From NCBI GenBank assembly GCA_050084515.1, contig CM114271.1, positions 17,980,001-18,044,000 on the forward strand: DNA of 64,000 bases. The letters are read 5' to 3'. Origin of the DNA: Blasia pusilla. Lineage: Eukaryota. Below are positions 51,973 through 64,000 of the stretch, one piece after another. The first letter of the stretch is position 1, and every line of letters begins with the position of its first letter. The notes beneath the pieces are model-generated. The model worked only from the letters and a program-made list of their open reading frames with translations, ran no database searches and was not told the DNA's origin. Made by a program: the position numbers and the translations under genes.

Positions 51973-52918
51973 TGTTGTGCACATATACATCGTTACACAA
52001 CATACATCGCTGTCACCGAACACACACACAAACACGCATGATCCCATGCTAACTCATGGCATCCAAACAACGAGACAAGAAGTACTAACATATCTCCAAT
52101 AAAGTAAGATCCAATCTCTCTCTACACCATCTCACACCATAGCTCTCAAAGGTGTGCACTCTCCCTCATGTCAAACCAAACCCACTCTCCTAATGAAAGG
52201 CTTGGGTTACACTCACAAGGCAAGGGACCATAGCTCCGCCGTCTCATGCCAAAAGGTTCAACAAAGAGAGAATGAGCTCTCAAGCTCTCTCTCCTTGAGG
52301 TATGCCCTCCCCTCTCCCAAGCCCTCTCCATGGTGACCTATTCTCCCAAGTCACCTCCTTGGCTCTTGACTTGATGTAGGAGGTCAAGGGCCACTTACCA
52401 AAAATAGAAAGTCGATCGTATATTCAAGATGGTACTTACCTAAAATAGTAAGTTCCTCAATATGGCTCCAAATGAGCCGAAACGAAGGGGAAACCTGCTC
52501 TCTCAGGTTTCCCGGGGCCTCAGCAAGTCATCCTCGACCTACTAAGCGTGTCCTCCACTACTCACAAAAGCGCTCTACTAGATCTCACTGATTTATCCTA
52601 AAAGACGTGATAGTTGTCGTGCGCATACACATCGCTACACAACATACATCGTTGTCATCGAACACACGCACGATCCCATGGTAACTCATGGCATCCAAAC
52701 AACGAGACAAGAAGTACTAAAATATCTCCAATCGCCCCCCTAGCTGGTGGTTAGGGCTCTCTAACTCCTCATAGCCATCTATCCCTACCTAACATAACAT
52801 ACATCTCTCGGACGCTAAGAGCAAGAAGGTCGGGTGCTCATGTGGCTCCATCGTTAGTCGCCTTCCTGTCATCCATATCACAGAAAAAATTGGAATCAAA
52901 ACCTACCTAGTATCTCCT

Positions 52919-55700
52919 CTATGTACATCTTGGATACATCCATCGTCCCCGAGGAACCCTAATGAGAGGTGGCATAAGACATGCCATATGCCAACCTCTC
53001 GAACATCCATCACAGACTAGCATCGTGGCCGCACCACGGGCAGAACCACACAACATACAACGCAAGCTTGTAGGAACTACTACTAAGCTCAAATCTACTT
53101 TACCATCAATGTTAGGAAGGTGACATGGCGCACAATTATGCACATGGTCCTTCCATACCATACCATCGCGTCCCTCCAAGAAGAGAACACCGGATGGCTA
53201 AACGTCACGCACTCTCAGGATAGTGCGCCCTGCAGTCACATCCAACATCATCGGTGCCGTCTGCTGCAAGTAGACATAATCTCCCTGATGAAACCTCCGG
53301 ATAGTTGGTCGATAACCACTACCCCGAATAGTCGCATACCTCAACGTATCTTGATGCTGCGTAATCGCCAAGTTCTCGAACGCCATGGGCATCACTCTCC
53401 GAAATAACTCAGCCCTCCGAGAACATGCTCGCATCCATACATCTAGGTTATCAAGGTCCAGCACCTCACCAGCATCTCGACGAATGGCCGCAGATAAATC
53501 TGGCTCTCGGCCATAAAGTAGCAAGTACGGTGAAAAAGACGCTAAGGATGCCTGCCTACTGAATCTGTATCCCATCGCCAAGCAGGGAAACTGGAGGTCC
53601 CAATCTCCTAGGTGACCTCTCTGCAAGCCATACTTGCGTAAACCCCTCTTCATCGTCTGCACAACTCTCTCCGCTAATCCATCCGCCTCAGGATGATCTC
53701 GCGAAGTCGTGCGATGGTCAATCAGCGCTAGATCACACAAGGCCTGGAACTCACCACAAAACTTGGTACCCTGGTCTATCAACACCTCAGCCGATGTGCC
53801 ATAATGACTCAACACTCTGTCAAGGAAGGCATAAGCTACTCTCTCACTCGCTTTGTCAAGCAATGCAACCAACTCACCACGAAACTTGGTACCCTGGTCT
53901 ATCAACACCTCAGCCGATGTGCCATAATGACTCAACACTCTATGAAGGAAGGCATAAGCTACTCTCTCACTCGCTTTGTCAAGCAATGCAACCAACTCAC
54001 CACGAAACTTGGTACCCTGGTCTATCAACACCTCAGCCGATGTGCCATAATGACTCAACACTCTGTCAAGGAAGGCATAAGCTACTCCCTCACTCGCTTT
54101 GTGAGGCGATGCAACCAACTCGATCCACTTCGAGAAGTGCTCATAACGACTGTGACGCTCCGTCAAAGGCAAAGGTCATGCAAAATCCAAACTCCATCTA
54201 TACCCTAAGCCCTTGATCGGTTATGGATGCAACTATGGAGTCGGACTCCTCATCCTCGCACCAACTTCTCATCACTCTCTCCATGCCATCGAGCTCCAAT
54301 TGCATCTCGCTGACTCGGACATGGATTACAACTCAACCCATCTGCATCCTCGTTGAGCATCCCAGGTCTATGTACCACCTGAAAATCATACTCCTGCAAC
54401 AACATAGCCTATCTCGCAAGCTTCCCTGTATGCTTGTCGGACTCCATCAACCACTTCAGTGGTTGATGATCAGTGATGATGGTAAAGGGATTGCCGAATA
54501 AGTAACACCTAAAATGCGCGACAGCCCACACCGCAGCCAAGCACTCACCCTCATATGAGCTATACTTTGTCTCTGCAGCATTGTTTGAGCGGCTAGCGTA
54601 AGCCACCACAAACTCTCTACCCTTATCATCATGCTCGGTGAGCACTGCTCCAAGCCCCACCATGCTCCAATCTGTGTGCAAGTGGAAAGGACGCCCCTTG
54701 ATTTTGGTCTCCTCAAAATGGGCGCGAATGTCAACTTGTCCTTGAGGAAGTAAAATGATCGCTCCTGCTCATTCCCCCAGTGCCACTCATAATCCACCTT
54801 GGTCAGCAAGATCAACGGCTTCGCAATCGAAGTGAATCCCTTGACGTACCACCGATAGAAGTTTGCCAATCCCATGACTGCGCGAACACGGCTCACATCT
54901 GTAGGACGTGGAATGTGTGAGATAGCCTCTACCTTTGTCTGTTGAACACCAAGGCCCCCTGGGTATACTGTATGACCCAAGTACTCAATCTCGTCGTAGA
55001 AGAACTTGCACTTGCCTAGATGTAGCTTCAGCCCATGTAATTGCAATCGTCGAAATACCTCCTCTAGATGTCGCTCATGCTCCTCAACTGTGGTGCTAAA
55101 GACTACGATGTCATCCATATAACAACTAAAAAATCCAGACCAGCCAAGATCATATCCATGACCCTCTGAAACTCAACCGAGCCGTTCTTTAACCCAAATG
55201 GTAAGAACCGTCATTGGTACAAATAATCCTTCCCGTGAGGATCGATGCCCCAAAATGCCGTCTTCTACCTCTCCTCTAATCTGATAGGCAGCTGATGGTA
55301 TCCGGCTCGCAAATACAATGAACTAAAAACCTTTGCATGACCAATCGCATCAATGATCTCCTCAGGGGTGGGCATGGCATACCTATCGGACTTTGTTTGC
55401 CGATTGATAGGTCGGTAATCCCCACACATCCGTCTATCCGTCCAGTTGCCATGCACATCCTTCTTGGCGGGCATGATAGTGGCAGATGCATACTTCCCAT
55501 GCGACATCTCCACTAGTCCTGCTCCAACCAAGTCTTGGATCCTACTCTGAATCAGAGCCCTCTCCATATCACTGTACCTGCAGGGTTGTCAAAAGATCGG
55601 CGTATCACTCGACAACTCAATGCGGATCCCCGGCCCCTTCAGCGTACCCAAATCCTCCATGCTAAATGCACAACAACTCCTATAACTCTTGAGGAACTGA
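52919..55700 (-). pseudogene. Copy D RT - RNase H - integrase - PHD; HHCC region deleted, 123-bp triplication in the core
   Basis: RMCGDYRPIN, YMDD, TDWS, TDHQPL, AERVVQT, CMLCGSARGAATMLVCDGCSRGWHMACL. RNase H joins directly to TPxLHP at ~54245. Confidence 0.85.
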
Positions 55701-56104
55701 CGTATTCGACGCCGCTCTCCTCTTGTCAACTTAGGGCCCATATCTGGCTCCCAAGTCTCCATTGTGACTACAGTAGGACTGTTTGGCGCGGATATCAGTG
55801 GTTGCTATGGTGCAACCCCGTCTCGAACAACAACACTCGACCGCTCTCCTGCAGCCAACTGCAAACTCTGATCTCCTCCACATGCACTGCCCGGAACCAC
55901 GCTTGATGTTGTGGCTATCATCTCCTCGCGTACCTGCAAAACATCCCAAGAAGTCCAAGGGTATCTCTCTCGATCTCCCTTGGTGTGTCGATCTCCTCGG
56001 GTCTCGCCCCCAGCCACTGCCTCCATCGTCTCGGTAGGCATGGGGCTCACCAACGCAACCGCTGTGATCTGTCCTCATCTCATCCGACGCTGCTGAGCCA
56101 GTCC

Positions 56105-57085
56105 CAAGCTGAAGATCCATGTCAAGGAGTTTAGGTCCATCGCCTGACCTAAGACATGGCGTGGTGATGCCTCTCACATTGACGATACTGCCGTCACTCC
56201 TATGGAAAATCCCATCGCCTGCTCTCTCTCGTCGGGGTTGGGCTCCACCAACCTCTGAACGTGGTCATCCCAAACCAAGCTAGGACCGGCCTCCTTGTAT
56301 GCATAGGAAGCGAGAAAACTCACAAACGTGGGAAAGGCTGCCCGCAGCTTGCCTACCCTGTTGATCACACTCAACGGTGGTCGATCATCGTGCCTCACTT
56401 CCTGTGAGCAACAACCTAGATCCAGAATGGAATCCACTAACAAATGGAGGGGCGCTCCACTCTTGCATACACCCTCCGTAACATAACATCGGGCACCAAG
56501 TTGGTCCACCATAGACACGGGCGATGGGCTTTAGAACCTACACTTTCCGCATCCAAGAACACTGCTGGGCCAATCCAGGCACGCACCTGATGAGCACTCG
56601 TCACCACCCGTGACCTGGAGTCTCCTAAGATCGGCACATTCTCCAGAATGTAGGCTGGAGAACGAGACTAGTGCTCCTGCAACTGTTGTAAGATTATCTC
56701 TTTGTAAAGTAAGATCCTCAAAATCTCCCAAAACAACGTGGACCAAGTGTCAGCCAACCCGCTGCCTCGTCCAACACTCGATTGGCCTTGACATGGCCTA
56801 CCGGCAATGACCAAATCAATGGTGCCTAATCGGTCTAAGTCCTGCGCCCCTAGCAACGAAATATCCCTCGGTAGGGAATTCTGGTACCCCTGTACCGCCC
56901 ACGCAGACAATAAGTCGGGAAAACGTAGGCGTAACTATGCCACATATCGTAGTGAGACGCACCTTGCAACATCATCACTCTCCACATACAGGTACTGTTG
57001 CACTCGCACTTCTGCGTGCAAAATAGCAGCTAACTCGGTGCTAATCCCTCCAAAGAGATCTAACACTCGAATACCCTCCTCCGGG
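56105..57085 (-). CDS. Copy D DNMT3-like C5 cytosine methyltransferase domain; degenerate
   Basis: IRVLDLFGGISTEL, YLYVE, IDLVIAGRPCQG, LENVPILGD, DAESVGSKAHRPCLWWTNL, EPNPDEREQAMGF, RHVLGQAMDLNSLTWIF. Confidence 0.9.
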
Positions 57086-57499
57086 GTACACCACACAATG
57101 GGTGTGGTATCCAAGGGTGTCATCATAGTAGTCCTTGCTACCTCAGGTTCCACAGACCCCTCATGCTCCGGTGCAAACGCCTCGCTCCACGCGGTTAGCA
57201 CGTGCTCATTTGCCAATCGTCGAAGCTCCTCAGTCGAGCCCCACAGCGGCACATGTCCTCCACGGAATGATGCGACTACCATAACATTCCTCCCCATAGA
57301 AATTTTAGGAATGGGAGTATCCTCTGCATGGACATGTCCCTCGATCAAATCACTAGGCCAAGTGATGGGACTGCTAAATGCTGCTAAGGTCGCCATCTCT
57401 TATGGCCGTTGCTCGATCACTGCACATGAGAATCGAACGGGTAATGAGCTAAGGTGCCCATCACCTGACTGCCATCCTGGTATATAGGACGCTGACTCT

Positions 57500-59828
57500 T
57501 CCCATTAGTCCAGGGAAAACCCCATCGGATATAACACTGCTCCACCAACCAAGATGTTGTAGGACTCTGCATCAGTCACTATCGCCTTATCTCGCACCAC
57601 GGACTCATCTGTAGGATGTTCCAAGCAAATTCTCACCACGACCTCCTGTCGGGTGATATATTGTGTGGTACTTGCTCCACCCCAGGATGTCTATATCCGG
57701 AATGGACAACGCTCCACATCGGCTCTCGTCAAGCCCAATCCTCTGAATGACGCTTTCCCCAACATCAGGGGTTGTGCTCCTGAATGCAACAAGACGCGCT
57801 GCGGACTAAAAGCTCTACCTCCGGGACTCACCAACTGGAAGACCTCTCCTCGATGATCCAGCAACACAACACCAGGAGAAGCCATGGCACGCTCTATCGC
57901 GGGTCTAGCGGGCATCTCCACCATCCTAGCAGCCACAGCCTGCCATGAATCTGACATGGACGGCCCGAGCATCCGCTCCAAGGGCAGGTCCATCACCTCC
58001 TCTATAATCACCTCTCAATGTGATGCAAGAACTCCAACTCTACACTCACATAGCGTAGTGGCCAGCCGAAAAGCCTCGGCGGGCGTACCCCCCAACGTCA
58101 TAACATCGGAAGAAGAAAATAAAAGAGCGTGGTACACAATGGTGGCCGCCCCCAACAACGTGCTCGACACATGCCCCTCTTGAGCATTAACAATAGGAAT
58201 CATCACACTTGCTTCTCCCATCGCCCTCCGTGCCTGCACACCAATAACATTACCAACTCTCCACGAACTCTGATCAAGACCCATCGATGGGGTCCTCATC
58301 GCCTCGGACAACGTGAAAGACTGAGGAAGCCTAGTCTGTTTCCTGGCTTCCCCTCATTGTGGATCCACCTGTGCGGTTGCTCCACGTGTCACAACTGCGG
58401 CTGCCTCCATGTGGGCAACCCCGCACATCCAACCAGGATCCTCCATATCTCTAGCAGCTCCATATGATGTCGATGCCATGGATGCGGCATCGGGTAATCT
58501 CAATGCCATAGCGGCAATCTGCTCTTGTAGCTGATGTATTTGAGCTGCCATCCTAGTCTCATGCTCGGCATCACCCTCGACGCGTCTAGGTGGTAGGACT
58601 CTACCTCCTCCACGGGAAGCTCCACCACCCTGTCGGGCAACTCCAACTCCTTGTCCCCTAACGGGACCACCTGGTGCACGATCTCTAGGCCCACCCAGAC
58701 CGGCTACTCGCTGTAGTACCCTCTGTGGCCCTAGGTCCAAACATAACTCAGGATGTAAATTGAAACACCTGGCACGTGTATGACCATACCTCTGACAATA
58801 TTCACAGTGATAACCTCCTGGTGTAGCACCATCTCCTCCTCCATGTTGAGGCACATGTCCATGACCCTGACCAGTGCAATCGCACTGATGATGGGCTCCA
58901 TGACCAACAAGTAATAGTAGGCGGCTGCTGCTGAGCCGCATATGAAGGCGCAGGTCTCTGTGGCACGGCCTCCCGGTATCCTCCTTGAGCTTGTGGTGCC
59001 ACAGTCAACCTATCTCGGAGTCCATCTTATTGCACAGGTAGTGCAGACAATCGTGACTGCTCTCACCTAGAACCCATGGTGGCTACGCTCTCCTCCACCA
59101 TGTTGCGCTCAATGTTCTTGGCGGTCCTAAAAACATCTCTCAACGTAGGGGAGGTGTTCATAAGAAGCATCCCTCCCGCACTCGTGTCCGCAGGGTCCGA
59201 TCCAACATCGCGTACCATGACTAGATAGCCTGAGTCTCTATCATCCCTTGAGTGACGTTGATCAACCGGCGCAAGCGAGTGTAAGCCTCACGCAAACTCT
59301 CACCCGGGCGCCTCTGGAAATCATGGATGCTCCGCAACTTCTCAGTCCGTACCCCCTAGTAGCTCGCCCTCAACTTAGCAAAGAACTCAACCACATGGTT
59401 GAACCTCGGACGAACCCGACTAGACGGTGCAACTGCTCCCGTGCAAGTGACCCCTCCTAAAATGTCACTAGTGGAAGAGAAAGTAGCCTCTCTTGACTCC
59501 TCCTCCTTATCTGGGAACGGCTCCGTCCATGACACATAATGTGGGTCATAGTATGTGTATGGGCCTCCACGCCTCAATTTCACGTGCATATCTCTGAGAG
59601 AACTCATGGTAATCGTCCATGGGCCCCCTCTAAATGCTGGAACATACCGTTCCATGCTGTAAACGGGTTGAACTCTCTAGAGTTCCTGGCCCATTGGGAG
59701 TCGCACCAACTCCTAAACTCTGCTATGAAATCGTGTAACTCAATCGTGCCTACTGCACTTGAAAACCTACGCGGTCCTCTACCCCGATCGTCCATCTCGT
59801 ACGCCCAATTGGTTTGAGATGTGCTCAC
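57500..59828 (-). pseudogene. Copy D gag and protease
   Basis: RRFSSAVGTIELHDFIAEF; CWSWSPSS (decayed knuckle); CEYCQRYGHTRARC; VLLHSGAQP (catalytic D changed to H). Confidence 0.8.
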
Positions 59829-60974
59829 AATGTAGGACCACTCACAATGTGTGGTGATGTGCTCACAAACTCCTCTACATGCTCCCCCTTGTTTGAAGAC
59901 AACACAGAAGGAGATCGAGGTGATCTCTCACGTGGAGACCCACAAAAACTCGCACCACTCTAGATAAACCCTCCAGACCTACTCTCAGGTCCACTACCTT
60001 GCCACTCAAAATCCTGAAAGGACGCCGTGGTGGCCCTCGTGCCCCTCTCACACGATTACTCTCAACCTCGCGAGTAATCCCTCAATCACTCATCCCAAAC
60101 ATGCGGCACTCGATCTACACTCTCCCTCCACGAGACGTGTAACGTGCGGCAACAAGTGGCGTGGTGCGGAAAATCGACTAGACTATCATCTCATCGACAA
60201 CCTACCCTCAACTCCGGACATCCCACACAGGTCTATGTCCCCTAAACCACATACATAAATGATGCTCTCAACATCCACACACCCAATATCCCCAAATAAA
60301 CTACCCAAATCCCATAATCCCTCACACGTGCAGGGTAAGGGAGCAGAATGGGTAACCTGAACACATGTCGATGTCGCTCCTCAGCAACTGCAAATCTCGA
60401 CCCCAACTCGGTCGTGGAGACAAATCCTCCAATCAGCAAGTCATACTCCTCCCGTATTGACGCAGCTTAAAACTCCTTGATGGACAGTGCGGTTCCAGCG
60501 GAACAGTGCGGCGTTGCATGCGGCACAGAACAACTACAAACGGCACGGCCCTCGATGGTGGGATGTGGCACTCGACGGCATATCCTCCTCAATCAACAAT
60601 AAACCCACACTCTGCTCCACAATGATGGTGCGGCTCCACGATCAAGACGATGCGGTGCGGCCACGAGTGGCACGGCAATCGGCGGCGTGTTGCGGCTACG
60701 GGCATCACAGCACGGTACTCGATCATCATCCAGTGGCTACCAACCACAACATAGCACCATGAAATCAAAACTCAAACACCATAACCGAAGGTCATCTACC
60801 ATTAGTGGTTGATGACAAAACTGCGATGATGGTGGCGGCCAAACCAATGTACGTGGTGGCGGCGCAAGTCAAAGAATCAACGGTGGTCGTGGAAGACCCT
60901 CTACTTCGTAATGGCGGCAATGGTAGCCAAAGGGTGGAAAACGGCCAAATGCAGCTCTGAGCAATGGTGGGCAA

Positions 60975-61140
60975 CGGCAACGGCCGACGGTGACCGGTGG
61001 ACCGTGGACCGTTGACGGTGACGGTGATGGTTGACCGTTGATGGTGACAACGGACCGTTGACTCTGAAGGTTGACCATTGACGGTGATGGTTGACCGTTG
61101 ATTGGTGACGGTGACTATGACGGCGACGGCCGTTGCCGGC
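60975..61140. repeat. Degenerate GTTGACCGTTGACGGTGACGGTGATG-type minisatellite in D's leader
   Basis: Repeated GACCGTTGA / GACGGTGA units. Confidence 0.65.
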
Positions 61141-61828
61141 GTGGCGGCTGGTTTAGGGTTTCAACAATTTAACCCTAAAAATTGCCTAGCAATGGAAATT
61201 TTGCAAGATTGACCATAACTTTTTACTCGCAACTCCAAATTGCGCACTGTTTTTGCACAATGTGCAGAGCTTCACGATCTACAACAGTGTCAAAAAATAT
61301 TTAGAATTACAAATTCCTGTAAAAATTGACGGGGACTCTTGTAAAGCCCAATATCTCTTTCTCCTGCACAAAATTCGGCAGCGCTTCCGCGCTGATTTCT
61401 CCCAACCAAAATGTAAAACCTATAAAAATACAAATCAGCAAGCTACATGGTGCTCTCGAGACCACCGGTATGGGGCAACCCGCCCCCATGATCAATCCCT
61501 ATCAGAAATTGGGCAGCGCTTCCGCGTGCCACACTTCCACAAAAAAAATTGGGAAATGCAAAGAACAATCAAAGCAGCCCTTGCTCCGGTGAGCACTCCC
61601 ATGAGCCGTTGAACGGGGAACAAGGTCCCCAACCTGCAAAAACAACGAGTGACCAGCGAGCTCCCCCATGAAGCTCTCTCACTCTCTCATTCTCTCTTTG
61701 TTAAGTAAGATCCAATCTCTCTCTACACCATCTCACACCATAGCTCTCAAAGGTGTGCACTCTCTCTCATGTCAAACCAAACCCACTCTCCTAATGAGAG
61801 GCTTGGGTTACACTCACAAGGCAAGGTA

Positions 61829-62560
61829 CCATGTCGTCCATCTCCTGCCAAGTCATATTGCCTCTGTCTTCGATCTCGTCACCAGACCCGGTATCTAGTG
61901 ATGACGATCTAGCCACGGATGGATGTCGAGGTAGCTCCTCACTTGTAACCCCTCGGTATCTCACTCCACTCCGTGTCACACCACTTCTATTGCTCGCACT
62001 ACCATATTCTTCCGAACCCTTTAACAACGCCGTGATGACAACCCTATCTCACCCGCTCAAGCACTCAAACTCACCGAGAGTCTCCCACACTCCTCACTAG
62101 CTCACCGACGCTAATGATAATCCCGTGACGACACACCCGGCCTCACGCACACTCAACACTCGGGCTCACCACAAGCCTCCCACCTAACTCACCTCAACCA
62201 TTGACACCCTCGGGTCATACACGCCACCCCTACCCGGAAACCGCCGTATATATACCAATATGCTACACAAGAAAGGAGTCTACACTCGTCACCATAACTA
62301 CAACCATCTAGCACCTGCTACTACCCGACCCAACACCCTCAATGACACGAGAAAATTGTAGGAAAAGGGACTCGAATGAGTAACCTGATCACGCCCACCA
62401 TCAACCTATTGCATGGTCAACCCTCATTCCTCCATGTGACACGATGACCTCCGCTGCACAACCATCTCCTCGCATAGCAAGTCGATCCTCCCATCAATAG
62501 ATACATACAACTTGTGGGCATCATGCGCACTAACACTCCATCGTCAACTCTGCCCCGCAA
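61829..62560 (-). mobile_element. Host element H: gag 5' end and leader, truncated
   Basis: Collinear with 48545-49270 of copy C (GVTRSGVRYRGVTSEELPR). Joined to D's Y1 through CCAT microhomology. Confidence 0.85.
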
Positions 62561-62858
62561 ACTGTTGGTGTAACTCACCCACCTCGCCGAAAGTCAGTTT
62601 GGTCTTCCAAAAATAATCTCCGTAAAATCTCACTCTAAAAAATTGCGTACAAGCCCGCTCAACCACATAGCTCTCCTAATTATATTAGCCATTCCACCTC
62701 ATCCGCTTCCCAACCTGGTAAGCCAGTTTTACCACGACTACGTCTGGTCCTCGTGTGTTTACCTAGTGCCTTACCACGTCCGGCCTCCACTACACGCGCT
62801 GCCCCTCACACATCCACCTAAGGCCTGCAACTTTGCTTTTGACCCGATGCCATCTTCG

Positions 62859-63047
62859 TTACTCCCAACCTTGAGAATAAACAAGAGGTAGTTGAGCCAT
62901 GCCACCTACGAGAACCACCAATCTTATAAGGAATACATTAAGACTGTTGCATGGCCTACTCTCTTTGAGATGTATATCTATGATCTGTAGTATCCGAGGT
63001 GTTAGCATGGAAAACTCATCCACAAAAATAATATTTGCATTTTTCAA
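62859..63047 (-). pseudogene. PIF1-like (Helitron-type) helicase fragment
   Basis: IIFVDEFSML (motif II) and VVLVGGMAQLPLV (decayed GDxxQLPPV, motif III). Confidence 0.6.
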
Positions 63048-64000
63048 CTTTCAAGTGTGGATCAAATGTTACATGCATATCTAGCATGTCCCCATAAATT
63101 GGTATGCAAAAGGTTGAGTGGGTGCTTGCAACATCTATATGGAGTCTTGTTGCTACAATATTTGTGGCATCTATGAAAAGTAGAGACTGCCCTTTTGACT
63201 CCCAATAAATGCATCCAGGTCTAAGGGCACCCGGTAGAAGAATTGATCGTGAGGTTCTATCTCTAATTAATGTATATAATGGTTATTTCTCATTATTAAG
63301 GAGACTTATGTCGAGGTCACATGGGTAGTAAGGATCAAGTGGGGATAAGTTGTAGTTGTGCAGATTCATAAGGTGTGTCCACTAGTGATTCCAAGTCTAT
63401 AGAAATGATTTGGTTTCAAAATATCAAAGCACTTTGAGAGTATGTCAAATGTGTGGAGTGCACTCCACATATTTTGAAAAACATGATTGCTTTAGTTTAA
63501 TAACTCTACATCTTGCTTATATGTGTAGCACAATTTATTAGTGCACTAATAAACTCTATATCAATGGTGAGACTACGTTGTATACGTTTATGGAGATATG
63601 TCCAATATGGAATATCAAATGATATGAGAAGTTGTTCAAACCTAAAAGGAATGTGATGTAAGAGACAACTAAAGAACTCTTTCAAATTCCATTGATATAG
63701 TGGTGGAATTGGCTTGAACCTCTACATTTGGTACTCGTGGTAATATAGGAAAGCTTAATCTTGGTTAGTTGGTTAAACACGATTGTCCTAACTAGGGTTA
63801 GTTAATCACAGTTAGTCTAACTCAAGACTATGGTTTAGATTAGGGTTATGATTTCTTGTACATACCCTATATAATTGAGAAGGGGACCACCCTCCACTCA
63901 TTCTATCATTGCAAAATTTCGTTTTCCATGGTGATGTGTGAGTGTGAGAGTCGTAACGATCAGTTCACCAATGATTTCAATAACGATCAATTCACCAATG

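Larger units (their letters stand above)
51973..61832 (-). mobile_element. Copy D: diverged subfamily, same domain order, split direct repeats Y1-internal-X1-(AC)-Y2-X2; 5' part of Y1 deleted
   Basis: X2 51973-52099, Y2 52102-52612, plus-strand spacer GT 52613-52614, X1 52615-52731, PPT 52732-52743, Y1 remnant 61703-61832 (matches 52102-52231). TSD TCCT at 51969-51972, partner TCTT at 40313-40316. Confidence 0.85.

Noticed and set aside
61150-61180. TTTAGGGTTT / AACCCTAAA as an interstitial telomere
   Set aside because: Single telobox-like units only, which are common in plant retroelement leaders.
63780-64000. Start of another LTR (TATATAA, 27-bp duplication at the window edge)
   Set aside because: Truncated by the window; no terminus, PBS or TSD can be confirmed.

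Overview
Eukaryotic land-plant genomic DNA, probably a bryophyte-grade plant (inferred from gene structure and retroelement types). The left half (1-34.9 kb) has AT-rich spacers and three minus-strand genes: a KH-domain protein, a 9-exon Mn-dependent ADP-ribose/CDP-alcohol diphosphatase (ADPRM-like) and a 13-exon chloroplast P1B-4 ATPase (HMA1). It also has an internally deleted conventional LTR element and Helitron-like scraps. The right half (34.9-62.6 kb) is a nest of Ty3/gypsy-type retroelements. The main family (host copy H plus inserted copies C and D, all minus strand) encodes gag - protease - DNMT3-like C5 cytosine methyltransferase - RT - RNase H - DDE integrase - PHD finger. These elements lack ordinary LTRs. 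Copy C is Y-internal-X with non-homologous ends and a 4-bp TSD; copy D is Y-internal-X-(AC)-Y-X (split direct repeats). The integrase attachment ends (CA/TG) sit in the middle of the LTR as defined by the PPT and the priming site, which suggests integration from 1-LTR and 2-LTR circles. Both subfamilies carry a Tf1-like self-priming inverted repeat instead of a recognisable tRNA PBS. All domain calls come from motif recognition by eye; no database search was run.
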